From the NCBI RefSeq assembly GCF_018336915.1, contig NZ_CP064923.1:2820001-2852000 (forward strand): a DNA stretch of 32,000 nt, given 5' to 3'. The notes beneath the pieces are model-generated. The model worked only from the letters and a program-made list of their open reading frames with translations, searched no databases and had not been told where the DNA came from. This document shows, piece after piece, positions 9,183-18,031 of the stretch. The position numbers and the translations under genes are program-made. How positions within the stretch are numbered: the first letter of the stretch is position 1; each line of letters begins with the position of its first letter. This DNA comes from Acaryochloris marina S15 (GTDB taxonomy: Bacteria; Cyanobacteriota; Cyanobacteriia; Thermosynechococcales; Thermosynechococcaceae).

Positions 9183-9230
9183 GAGCCCATGCCTACTATT
9201 GATATGAGGTATTGGGCTTGGGGCTTTTTC
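9183..9230 (+). terminator. possible intrinsic terminator after the RTX-like gene
   Basis: GAGCCCA (9183-9189) pairs with TGGGCTT (9213-9219), including one G-U pair. The loop is long and partly self-paired. GGGGCTTTTTC follows, with a T-run at 9225-9229. The structure starts 39 nt after the stop codon. The stem is weak. Confidence 0.35.
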
Positions 9231-9342
9231 TAGAAGGGATGTAGGATTTACCCAGAAAACGTATCACAGCAATAGCATTGCTATTCTGATCCATCCCCCA
9301 GCTTTGTTGTCAGTGATGCTGATTGGCTTGAGGCTTCAGTGA

Positions 9343-9543
9343 TTAGGGTGCAATAGAAATCGGAGCATTGCTGGTATTGTCCTGAACTGCAAATGTTTTA
9401 GTCGCAGAATGGGCAACAGAAACTGATCCTTGATATTGGGAGGGGGGCTCTAGAAAATCAGCATTAAGAATAAAGGAACTGAGGGAGAAACCCAGAGCGG
9501 CAAGGCAGGAAAGAGGAATAAGAGTCTGTTTAATGTCTGGCAT
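9343..9543 (-). CDS. small hypothetical protein with one hydrophobic N-terminal segment
   Basis: The track ORF is 9343-9624. An internal ATG at 9543 gives a 66-aa product, MPDIKQTLIPLSCLAALGFSLSSFILNADF..., with a signal-anchor-like hydrophobic stretch. I recognised no family and the coding status is uncertain. Confidence 0.3.
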   Translation of the reverse strand: MPDIKQTLIPLSCLAALGFSLSSFILNADFLEPPSQYQGSVSVAHSATKTFAVQDNTSNAPISIAP

Positions 9544-9734
9544 GGTTCCTTTGGAGCAGGCAACATCTCTAAAATAAGGCTCCTTTCTGAGACAACCCTG
9601 ATGCATGATTGAGGTCTTCAGCAATAATTCTGAACGCTTTCCAGATTTTTGATGAGAAAGCTGAAAATTATCGTTGGGACAACTGATTACTCATTGGCTG
9701 GAGATTCTTTACTTTATCTGTGGGCTAGGAGCAA

Positions 9735-12700
9735 TTGGGGGAGTCTACAGTAGCATTTGAGAATGCCAGTCAGAAGAGGTCAGTTGATATGACTACTGAA
9801 GTTCGTTCAGACGGGCATCAGAGTTTGCTCAGATCTGATTTACCGAAGCAGGAGCGGCTGCTAGCAGGGGTCGCTGAGGCCACAAGGCAACTATTAGCGA
9901 TCGCAGATTTTGATACGGCAGTTAATGGAGCCCTGGAAGCGATCGCAATCGCGACTGAAATAGATCGCATCTTTATCTATCGGAACCACTCAGAGCTGGG
10001 GACCCACAGAGAATTTGCGTCTTGTCCTTATGAATGGACAGTAACAGGGGTGGTTAAAGCGAGTGAGCTCCTGAATCAATTTCCGCTGTTTTACGACGAA
10101 ATTGATGGGTACAGCGATTGGCTGTCTGAATTGAAGGCAGGCCAACCTGTACAAAAGCTCGCACGGGAAATGTCAGAGGTAGGACAGGACAAACAGATAC
10201 AGGAACAAGCACTGTCAGTACTCACTGTTCCAATTTTTGTAGAGGGTGACTATTGGGGAAACTTTGGCTTTGATGACTGCACCACCGAACGGATGTGGAG
10301 CAAGGTAGAAATTGCAGTACTGGAGACGGCAGCAGCGAGCTTTGCAGGGGCACTAGAGCGGCAGAATAACCTAGCAGAACTAGAGCGGCAAGATGCTTTG
10401 CTCAAAAGCGTAAACGCGGCAACACAGCGCTTAGTTACAACGAGCGAGCTAAAGCAGGCGATTCCAGAGGCGTTACGAATTTTGGGTGAGGGGGCGCATC
10501 AGGATCGAGTATATGTATTTGAGAATGTATTTCCCCAAGGGCCAGATCAGGTGTTTTGGGATATTCCCTACGAATGGGTAAATACAGGAATTCCAACTTG
10601 TGCAGTAACGGCCACTGAATGGCCCATTGCGATGGCTTCTTTCCCGCCAAGTATAAACAATTCTTTACGCTCTGGACAAGTAACTCAGCTTTTAACCAGC
10701 GATTTGCAAGGTAAAGCTCAGCACATCAATGAAGAAGGCCAAACGTTGTCCTTGCTTGCCGTGCCGATCACAGTTGCTAGCCAATGGTGGGGGGTATTGG
10801 GATTTGACGACTGCACAACAGAGCGTGAGTGGAGTGATGCAGAAATAGCCGTTTTAGAAACTGCAGCTGCTTGTATAGGCAGTGCCATTGAGCGTGACAA
10901 CGCCCGCAAGGAGAAAGAGACTGCTGCCCAAGCTCGTGTTGCTGAGTTGGCAGAACGAGATCGCATCTTGGAAGCAACGGCTGCCGCTGCCAATGTCATG
11001 CTTACCGAGGACGATTTCGACCAAGCCGTTAAAGCCGCGCTTCAAATCGTAGGGGAAGGTTTAGAGGTCGATCGCATTAACTTAGGACAATATTTCGAAG
11101 CAACTTCACCACAAGATGTTAGCTACCACGACATGAGCGACTATGAATGGACCTCGGCCCAAACTATACTCCAATCGGAGCATCCTGAGTTCTCTAGAAT
11201 TAGCGATGCAGGCATAGAGTTTATGCTGGAGACGTTGCATAGGGGTGAAGTCTTTGGTGGCATTGTAGAAGAACTCCCTGAGCCCTTTCGTAGCAGTCAA
11301 CTTGCTCTAGGCGTACAGTCTACCTACGCAGTCCCCATTCGAGTTGATGGTAGGTATTGGGGCCTGATTGGTTTTGACGATTGCCATCATCTAACACGGC
11401 GGAGTGAGGCAGAACTTGAGGCTCTAATAACGCTGGCGAATTGTATTGGTAATGCCATTGAGCGTGAGCGAGAACGCCAGGAAAAAGAAGCGACTGCTGC
11501 AGCCCGACTGACGGAGTTAGCTGAACGTGATCGCATCTTGGAAACCACGGCTACTGCCGCCAATGTCATGCTGACGGACGAAGATTTTAATACTGCTGTC
11601 CATACTGCTTTGGCAATCGTAGGCAACGGTTTAGAACTGGATCGAGTTTTGCTCGGAAAGCATGTGGATACCGTATTGGCTCAAGAACCAAACTACATCC
11701 AGTTCTTATATGAATGGGTGGCTGAAGGAACAAACCTGCAGACAGAACATCCTGAATTGGTAAAAATTAGCAATGAAGGACTGGAGTTGATCTATGAAGC
11801 ATTAAGCCGAGGCAAAATTTTTGGAGGAATTGTTGATGAGCTGCCAGATCCGTTTCGCACGGGTCAGAAAGAGTTAGGAGTCCAATCGACTTACTCTATA
11901 CCGATTATGGTGGAGGGTGATTATTGGGGCATTATTGCGTTAGACGATTGCCGTCATCTGACACGACGCAGCGAAGCTGAACTTGAAGCATTGAAAACAT
12001 TAGCGAATTGTATTGGCAATGCGATTGAGCGTGATCATACTCGCAAGGAAAGAGAGGCTGCTTCTCAGGCTCGTGGGGCTGAGTTGGAGACGCATAATCT
12101 GGAACTGGCAAGCCGCGATCGCATATTGGAAGCAACAGCAGCAGCCGCGAATGTTTTACTAACCGATGACGACTTTGAAGGGGCTTTTAATCGAGCCTTG
12201 CAAATTATTGGGGAAGCAGTGGGCACCGATCGGGTGGGACTTGCTCAACATCTTGCGTATATCACCGAGGCTGAACCAGGACATTGGCGACTAATTCATG
12301 AATGGCATGCCCCTGGGATTACCCCTGTCGCCCAAATCTTTTATCCAGAGCCCATGCAGGGAAGCTATGCCGGGGCTGAGCTGCTTTATGAAATGCATCA
12401 GCGGGGCGAAGGCTTTAGCTTAACCACAGCTCAGATGCTTGAACCCTTTCGCAGCAATATGGCAACGGTAGGTGTCCAAACTTTGCATGCAGTTCCCATC
12501 CTCTTGCATGATCAGTATTGGGGCACAGTGGTATTTGGCGACTGTCGCCAGCAACGGCAGAGAAGCTTAGCAGAGTTAGCAGCTTTGCAAACGGTTGCAG
12601 ACTGCATTGGCAATGCCATTGATCGCGATCGCAACCGCAAAGAAAGAGAAGCGGCAACCCAAGCCCGTGCAGCAGAGTTGAAAAAGAATAACGAAATTCT

Positions 12701-15700
12701 TTCCCTGCGAGATCGCTGGCTCAGTACAACGGCTGCAGCGACAGAAAAACTACTCTCAGAGAATGATCTAAAAAGTGCGGTCAAACCAGCTTTACAAGAA
12801 ATTGGTGAAAGTATAGGTGTTGACCGTATTGGCATTATGTATGTTTGTGAGCAGGACAGTCAGAAAGTTTTAGGGTTTTTTGAAGAGTGGATTCATCCTA
12901 GTCAGCCCGTTCAAAGTGAGAATGCAGAACTGTCAGCCATTCCTTGCCATCTAATTGGTGACCAGCACTTTAAAACTCTACTGGATGGACAATGGTACGG
13001 TGGCGATATTGAAGATTTTCCTGAGCCTTTCCGCAGCAGTCAAAAGGAGATTGGTGTCCAGTCTACCTATTCAGTCCCCATCTTTATTGATAGTCAGTTT
13101 TGGGGACTAGTTGGTATTGACCACTGCCGAAAGAAGAAGCTGTTAACTAAAACAGAGATTGCTGTTTTTCAAACTATTGCAAGTTGTTTTGCCAGTGCTA
13201 TTCAACGGGACCAGATTCGCAAAGCTCGTGAAGCTGCCGAACGCACTGCCTTGATTGAGGGTGAACGTGCAGCCCGTGCGGCTGAGCTAGAAGCTGCAAA
13301 CCAAGTGCTAACAACTCGCGATCGCTGGTTACAGACCACAGCCGCCGCCACCAATCAGCTTTTGTCTACTGCCGATATTTCGAGGGGGGTCAACACGGCC
13401 CTCCAAACCCTGGGTACTAATTTAGAGAGCGATCGCTTAGGCGTTATGCGCCATGTTCCTGATGCCACCGAACTTGGTTCTTTCCAAATCCTTTATGAAT
13501 GGGATGCAGCGGGAACTACTGCCCAAATCGATCATCTCGAACTTTATCAAATGCCTGCCAGTGACTTTGCCGACTGGACGCGCCATTTGATGATGGGTCA
13601 ACCCGTCGGTGGTCCTATTGAAGAGCAATCCGACCCTTTTCGCACCAAAATGCGGAGCCTAGGCACTCTATCCGCCTATGCTGTCCCTATTTTTATTGAG
13701 ACGGAGTTCTGGGGCGTGATGTTTATGGACTATTGTCGTAGTTCACGGCAGCTTGCTCCTGCTGAGTTAGCTGTATTTAATACTGCCGCTACCTGTATTG
13801 GTGGTGCCATTCATCGAGAACAGATGAGATGTGATCGCGAACAGGCCGAACGCGATGCTCTCTTACAGCAAGAACGGCAACAGGCAGCTCAGAGAAGGGC
13901 CACAACCCTAGAAACCCATAACCAACAGCTTCAACAGCGAGATCGGCTTCTCAATAGTGTCAATGCTGCTGCCCAGTCCTTGGTTGCTAATGAAGACCTG
14001 GATACAGCGCTGCCCACGATGCTGCAAATCTTGGGCGAGGGGACCGGCCAGTGTCGGGCCTATATTCTGCGGAATTCCCAGGACGAGCAAACTGGCAAAT
14101 TGCTATTCAACCTGATGCTGGAGTGGGATGCACCCCATATCCCTACCAAAATGGAGGTTGGGGCTCGATTCCCGGTTCCCATTCATCACTTCCCTGAGCA
14201 TCTAACCGCTCCCCTCAAAGCAGGACGGGCAACTCAATTCCTCGCTAGTGAGTTGGACAGTATCAGCCCAGCAGAACGACAGCCCGGACAGGCCCTTTCC
14301 CTTGTAGGGGTTCCCATTTGGGTTGATGGTGAATGGTGGGGATTATTAGGACTCGATGATTGTGTTGAAGAGCGGATCTGGAGCGATGCAGAAATTGCAG
14401 TCTTAGAAACCGCAGCAACTGCAGTGGGGGGTGCTTTGGAGCGTGATCGCAGCCGTCAAGATCGTGAAGCCGCAGAGCGGACTGCGTTGATTGAGCGAGA
14501 ACGGGCGGCCCGTGCAGATGAATTGGAAGCTACGAACCAAGTTCTCCAGACCCGTGAACGCTGGTTAGAAACGACAACTACTGCTGCCAATGTGCTTCTG
14601 TCTGGTACTGATGTATCTGTGAGTGTCAACGCAGCTTTACAGACCATCGGTGAGAATCTGGAATGCGATCGCGTTTTTGTTATGCAGGGGATGGCAAAAC
14701 CAAACGGCTCTGCTGACGAACTTGGCTTTGCTTGCTTAACCCATGAGTGGTGCTCAGAGGGGCTGGAACACCACATTAATATCCCTCAAATTGCAAAAGT
14801 TCCGGTTGAGAGATTTAAGGAGACCCTGGAGCAGATAGGCGATAGGCAATGGATTGGTGGCATCGTTGATGAATTAACAGAGCCGATGCGTAGTTACCAA
14901 CAGTCTCTGGGTGTTAAATCTATGTACTCTGTTCCAGTGTTTGTGAACGGCAAGGCATGGGGGTTGGTCGGTATAAATCACTGCCGGGAGGCTAAACGGA
15001 TCAGCCAATCAGAACTTGCAGTGTTTCAAACAGCTGCAAACTGTATTGGCAGAGCCATTTATCAAGAGATGGCCCGACGTGATCAGGCAGCTCAGGAACG
15101 GGCAAAGCTATTGGGGGCAGTTGCTGAAGCAGCGAATCTATTGCTGCGTTCAGCAGACTATACAAAAGTGTTGCCGGAGGTGGTGCGGCTGTTGGGTGAG
15201 GCGGTGGAGTGCGATCGCTGTGGTATCGGCCAGGATGTAATGGACCCAAACTCTCATCAATCAGTTGCCAGCATCAAATTAGCATGGGAATGGAGACATC
15301 CTGCTAGAGCATACCATTGGGACCACCATTGCACTTACACAGACAAAATTTTTTACTGGGAACATACCCCTTTTATTTACGAAGCTTTAAGAATGGGGCA
15401 AGTTGTTAATACCTGCATCGCTGATTTACCTGAACCTGATCGAAGTTCCTTATCAACCCTTGGCCTTTTAGCACAGTGCTTTGTCCCCATTGCTGTAGAA
15501 CAAAAACTTTGGGGCTTTTTTAACTTTGATAACTATGGTGAATCTCGGCTTTATGATGAGGCAGATATTGCGATTTTGCGGGTGGCGGCAGAAAGTATTG
15601 CAGCGGCAATTGCACGGCAGTCTCAAGATGAAGCATTGCGCAGATCAGAACAAGCTATTCTTGCGGAAAAAGAAAAAGCAGCAAGAGAGCGGGCAGCAGA

Positions 15701-17468
15701 GCTGGCAAAGACAAATGAGGCGATTGGTCGAGCCCTTGTCGCTCTCACCGAAACACCTGAGCTAGGTGAATTTTTAGGGCAAATCTTAACTCAAATGATC
15801 AATCAAGTTGAGGCCTGCAAAGCTCATCTATTTTTGTATGACGAAGAGTCAGATACATTGAATCAATATATGGCTGTTCAGGATGGGCAGGTTTATCAAG
15901 GCGCGGCTCCAACCGATCCAGACATGTTTCGCCGTCCTGTTCCGTCCAAGATTTCCAACGCTTGGGAGATGATAGTCAACTCTCCTAAACCCTTTACGCT
16001 AGATGAGCGCCACCCTGAAGCTGCAGAAGCCTATTGGCCGGAATCTATTCCCTGGCATCAGGCGGAAGGACATATTTCCTCTACCTGCGCCTGCATGAAG
16101 GTGGGAGGAAAACCCATTGGTTTTATCGGTTTTGCCTTCCGCCACGTTGCCGTCCTCAGCAACGAACAACTAGAGTTTATTCAATCCCTGACCAACCAAG
16201 CGACCCTCTCCATTCACCTGACTCGTCTGGCGGAAAAAGCCAAACAAGCTGCTATTGCACAGGAACAAGAACATGCTGCTCGAGAACGAGCGGTTGAGTT
16301 AGCTAAGACCAATGAGGCTATTTCAAAAACGCTAGATGTACTGACAACAACTCCAGAACTCAACGAATTTCTAGGTCAAATTTTGACCCAAATTATTGAG
16401 CAAATTGGGGCAGATGATACCCACCTATTTTTGTATGATGCCGAGACTCATACGTTGCGATCGCAACTTGCAGTCCAAAGCGATACCGTTTACTTAGGAA
16501 ATGCCCCTGGTGACCCTGAACTCTTCTACACAGATATTCCTGCTGATATCACAGCGGCTTGGCAAATTCTTATCAAATCCGGCAAGCCCTTTACTTTAGA
16601 CGATCAAAATCCTGAAGCAGCAGAATTTCTCTGGCCGACAACCCAAAAGTGGCACGATGCCCGAGGGCATCAATCCGCCACCTGTGCCTGCATGAAAATT
16701 GGCAACCAACCCATAGGATTTATTGGATTTGCCTTTTGCGATCGCACCATCCTCAGCACTGAACAGCTTGAATTTGTCCAAGCCCTCACCAACCAAGCCA
16801 CCCTCGCCATTCACCTCACCCGCCTTGCTGAACAGGCTCGGACCAATGCCCTCACCGATGAGCGTAATCGCCTCGCCCGCGAAATTCACGATACCCTAGC
16901 CCAGGCCTTCACGGGCATCTCTCTCCAGCTCGAAGCTGCCAAAAATATCTTGGTCCAACAGCCCGAAACCGCAAAGAGCTACCTAGACCAGGCCCGTGAC
17001 TTAACCCGTCAGGGCCTATCTGAAGCTCGTCGTTCCGTTCATGCCCTGCGCTCCCAAGCCTTGGAGACCGAATCCCTAGTCAGGGCTCTCCAGAAAAGTC
17101 TCACCCAGATGACCCTCAATACATCCCTACAGACTGAATTCCAACTTCAAGGGACTCCTACTCTTCTTGAGGAGGGGCTACAGCTCAATCTCCTTCGTAT
17201 TGGGCAAGAGGCCATTACCAACGCCCTCCGCCATGCCCAGGCCCAAACCCTCACTGTTACTCTGACCTTTACAGACCAACAGGTTAGTCTTGGTATCGTG
17301 GATGATGGTGTGGGCTTTGAACCCCAAGATGCGGCTGATATAACGGGATTTGGACTAGTGGGCATTCATGAACGAACGGCCCGTTACAAAGGCCAAGTCC
17401 AGATTATGAGCCAGCCGGGTAAAGGAACCTCTATTGAAGTGACTCTGCCCACCCAGCTTAAGGGGTAA
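9735..17468 (+). CDS. giant soluble multi-GAF sensor histidine kinase (12 GAF domains + HisKA_3 + HATPase_c)
   Basis: 2,577-aa ORF. The track start is a TTG at 9735, with AGGAG 3 nt upstream. An alternative ATG lies at 9789. Ten GAF modules end in [YFWL]WG-x-h-x-h-D-[DHN]-[CY]; the WG positions are near nt 10251, 10783, 11353, 11919, 12513, 13095, 13704, 14331, 14955 and 15507. Two further GAF modules belong to a different subfamily, with KPIGFIGFAF near 16113 and 16710. Modules are joined by Ala/Glu/Arg-rich helical linkers. The C-terminus has the HisKA_3 H-box NRLAREIHDTLAQ (His codon 16887-16889) and HATPase_c motifs (ITNALRHA, DDGVGF, GFGLVGIHER). I saw no transmembrane segment and no PAS domain. 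Confidence 0.9.
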   Translation: MGESTVAFENASQKRSVDMTTEVRSDGHQSLLRSDLPKQERLLAGVAEATRQLLAIADFDTAVNGALEAIAIATEIDRIFIYRNHSELGTHREFASCPYEWTVTGVVKASELLNQFPLFYDEIDGYSDWLSELKAGQPVQKLAREMSEVGQDKQIQEQALSVLTVPIFVEGDYWGNFGFDDCTTERMWSKVEIAVLETAAASFAGALERQNNLAELERQDALLKSVNAATQRLVTTSELKQAIPEALRILGEGAHQDRVYVFENVFPQGPDQVFWDIPYEWVNTGIPTCAVTATEWPIAMASFPPSINNSLRSGQVTQLLTSDLQGKAQHINEEGQTLSLLAVPITVASQWWGVLGFDDCTTEREWSDAEIAVLETAAACIGSAIERDNARKEKETAAQARVAELAERDRILEATAAAANVMLTEDDFDQAVKAALQIVGEGLEVDRINLGQYFEATSPQDVSYHDMSDYEWTSAQTILQSEHPEFSRISDAGIEFMLETLHRGEVFGGIVEELPEPFRSSQLALGVQSTYAVPIRVDGRYWGLIGFDDCHHLTRRSEAELEALITLANCIGNAIERERERQEKEATAAARLTELAERDRILETTATAANVMLTDEDFNTAVHTALAIVGNGLELDRVLLGKHVDTVLAQEPNYIQFLYEWVAEGTNLQTEHPELVKISNEGLELIYEALSRGKIFGGIVDELPDPFRTGQKELGVQSTYSIPIMVEGDYWGIIALDDCRHLTRRSEAELEALKTLANCIGNAIERDHTRKEREAASQARGAELETHNLELASRDRILEATAAAANVLLTDDDFEGAFNRALQIIGEAVGTDRVGLAQHLAYITEAEPGHWRLIHEWHAPGITPVAQIFYPEPMQGSYAGAELLYEMHQRGEGFSLTTAQMLEPFRSNMATVGVQTLHAVPILLHDQYWGTVVFGDCRQQRQRSLAELAALQTVADCIGNAIDRDRNRKEREAATQARAAELKKNNEILSLRDRWLSTTAAATEKLLSENDLKSAVKPALQEIGESIGVDRIGIMYVCEQDSQKVLGFFEEWIHPSQPVQSENAELSAIPCHLIGDQHFKTLLDGQWYGGDIEDFPEPFRSSQKEIGVQSTYSVPIFIDSQFWGLVGIDHCRKKKLLTKTEIAVFQTIASCFASAIQRDQIRKAREAAERTALIEGERAARAAELEAANQVLTTRDRWLQTTAAATNQLLSTADISRGVNTALQTLGTNLESDRLGVMRHVPDATELGSFQILYEWDAAGTTAQIDHLELYQMPASDFADWTRHLMMGQPVGGPIEEQSDPFRTKMRSLGTLSAYAVPIFIETEFWGVMFMDYCRSSRQLAPAELAVFNTAATCIGGAIHREQMRCDREQAERDALLQQERQQAAQRRATTLETHNQQLQQRDRLLNSVNAAAQSLVANEDLDTALPTMLQILGEGTGQCRAYILRNSQDEQTGKLLFNLMLEWDAPHIPTKMEVGARFPVPIHHFPEHLTAPLKAGRATQFLASELDSISPAERQPGQALSLVGVPIWVDGEWWGLLGLDDCVEERIWSDAEIAVLETAATAVGGALERDRSRQDREAAERTALIERERAARADELEATNQVLQTRERWLETTTTAANVLLSGTDVSVSVNAALQTIGENLECDRVFVMQGMAKPNGSADELGFACLTHEWCSEGLEHHINIPQIAKVPVERFKETLEQIGDRQWIGGIVDELTEPMRSYQQSLGVKSMYSVPVFVNGKAWGLVGINHCREAKRISQSELAVFQTAANCIGRAIYQEMARRDQAAQERAKLLGAVAEAANLLLRSADYTKVLPEVVRLLGEAVECDRCGIGQDVMDPNSHQSVASIKLAWEWRHPARAYHWDHHCTYTDKIFYWEHTPFIYEALRMGQVVNTCIADLPEPDRSSLSTLGLLAQCFVPIAVEQKLWGFFNFDNYGESRLYDEADIAILRVAAESIAAAIARQSQDEALRRSEQAILAEKEKAARERAAELAKTNEAIGRALVALTETPELGEFLGQILTQMINQVEACKAHLFLYDEESDTLNQYMAVQDGQVYQGAAPTDPDMFRRPVPSKISNAWEMIVNSPKPFTLDERHPEAAEAYWPESIPWHQAEGHISSTCACMKVGGKPIGFIGFAFRHVAVLSNEQLEFIQSLTNQATLSIHLTRLAEKAKQAAIAQEQEHAARERAVELAKTNEAISKTLDVLTTTPELNEFLGQILTQIIEQIGADDTHLFLYDAETHTLRSQLAVQSDTVYLGNAPGDPELFYTDIPADITAAWQILIKSGKPFTLDDQNPEAAEFLWPTTQKWHDARGHQSATCACMKIGNQPIGFIGFAFCDRTILSTEQLEFVQALTNQATLAIHLTRLAEQARTNALTDERNRLAREIHDTLAQAFTGISLQLEAAKNILVQQPETAKSYLDQARDLTRQGLSEARRSVHALRSQALETESLVRALQKSLTQMTLNTSLQTEFQLQGTPTLLEEGLQLNLLRIGQEAITNALRHAQAQTLTVTLTFTDQQVSLGIVDDGVGFEPQDAADITGFGLVGIHERTARYKGQVQIMSQPGKGTSIEVTLPTQLKG

Positions 17469-17934
17469 AGTTTGGATTGAAATGTCGAATTAACCGCACA
17501 GTTCGTTGATATTCTTGCTGATTGCCCTGTTTGGCAAACAGCCCTGCGGCCCGTCTCAGATCGACCAACCCATTCGTTTGATCTCCCAAAGAGAGCCTGA
17601 CACTTCCCCGATACAGATAGGCTTCTGCGAATCGGGAGTCTCGCTGCACCGCATCATCAAAATCTTCTAGCGCCCCGAAGTCATCCTCCAGCTCAAACCG
17701 CACTTTTCCCCGATGGAAGTAGGGAGCGGCACTATCTGGATCGAGAAGAATTGCTTGGGTGAAGGTTGCGATCGCAGCTTGATAATTTCGCTGTTGTAGA
17801 TGAGCCTGCCCTTGACGAATTAAACCGGCAAGATTGTCCTCCAATGCGATAGCCGTCTTGGGGCCTAAAGTCAGCAGCAGCACCATCCCTAAACCGAATA
17901 GTTTGTTTGATTTCAACATTTTCCGATTCGCCAA
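17458..17934 (-). CDS. secreted TPR-repeat protein
   Basis: 158-aa ORF. N-terminal signal-peptide-like segment KLFGLGMVLLLTLGPKTAIALE, followed by TPR-like helices (YQAAIATFTQAILLDPDSAAPYFHRGKV, FAEAYLYRGSVRLSLGD). Its 3' end overlaps the 3' end of the giant kinase by 11 bp in convergent orientation. Confidence 0.75.
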   Translation of the reverse strand: MANRKMLKSNKLFGLGMVLLLTLGPKTAIALEDNLAGLIRQGQAHLQQRNYQAAIATFTQAILLDPDSAAPYFHRGKVRFELEDDFGALEDFDDAVQRDSRFAEAYLYRGSVRLSLGDQTNGLVDLRRAAGLFAKQGNQQEYQRTVRLIRHFNPNFTP

Positions 17935-18031
17935 TATCTCTCAAAATCAACTCGGCATTGTAGCGGAGTTGTATGGTTAATCATGGAGCAGCAACCTGAA
18001 AATAGCCTGAGCCAACCCCAAATAAGCAAAT

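Noticed and set aside
10435-15249. Many 60-107 aa minus-strand ORFs inside the giant kinase (for example 10718-10999, 11387-11626, 12512-12835, 14456-14776)
   Set aside because: They are Ala/Ser/Arg-rich low-complexity translations of the antisense of the repeated AAQARAAEL-type linkers. They recur with the GAF period and have no independent start or RBS context or recognisable motifs.
9735-17468. Possibility that the GAF array is a cyanobacteriochrome or phytochrome photoreceptor
   Set aside because: I could not find the canonical bilin-binding Cys-His context ahead of the conserved VPI strand in any module. The conserved Cys lies after the WG..DDC strand instead. No PHY or PAS domains are present. 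The idea remains open only as an experimental check.
7846-17468. Periodic repeats (681 bp, and ~570-630 bp) checked as possible CRISPR or satellite arrays
   Set aside because: All the periodicity lies inside long intact ORFs and corresponds to protein-domain duplications. There are no short conserved repeats alternating with unique spacers.
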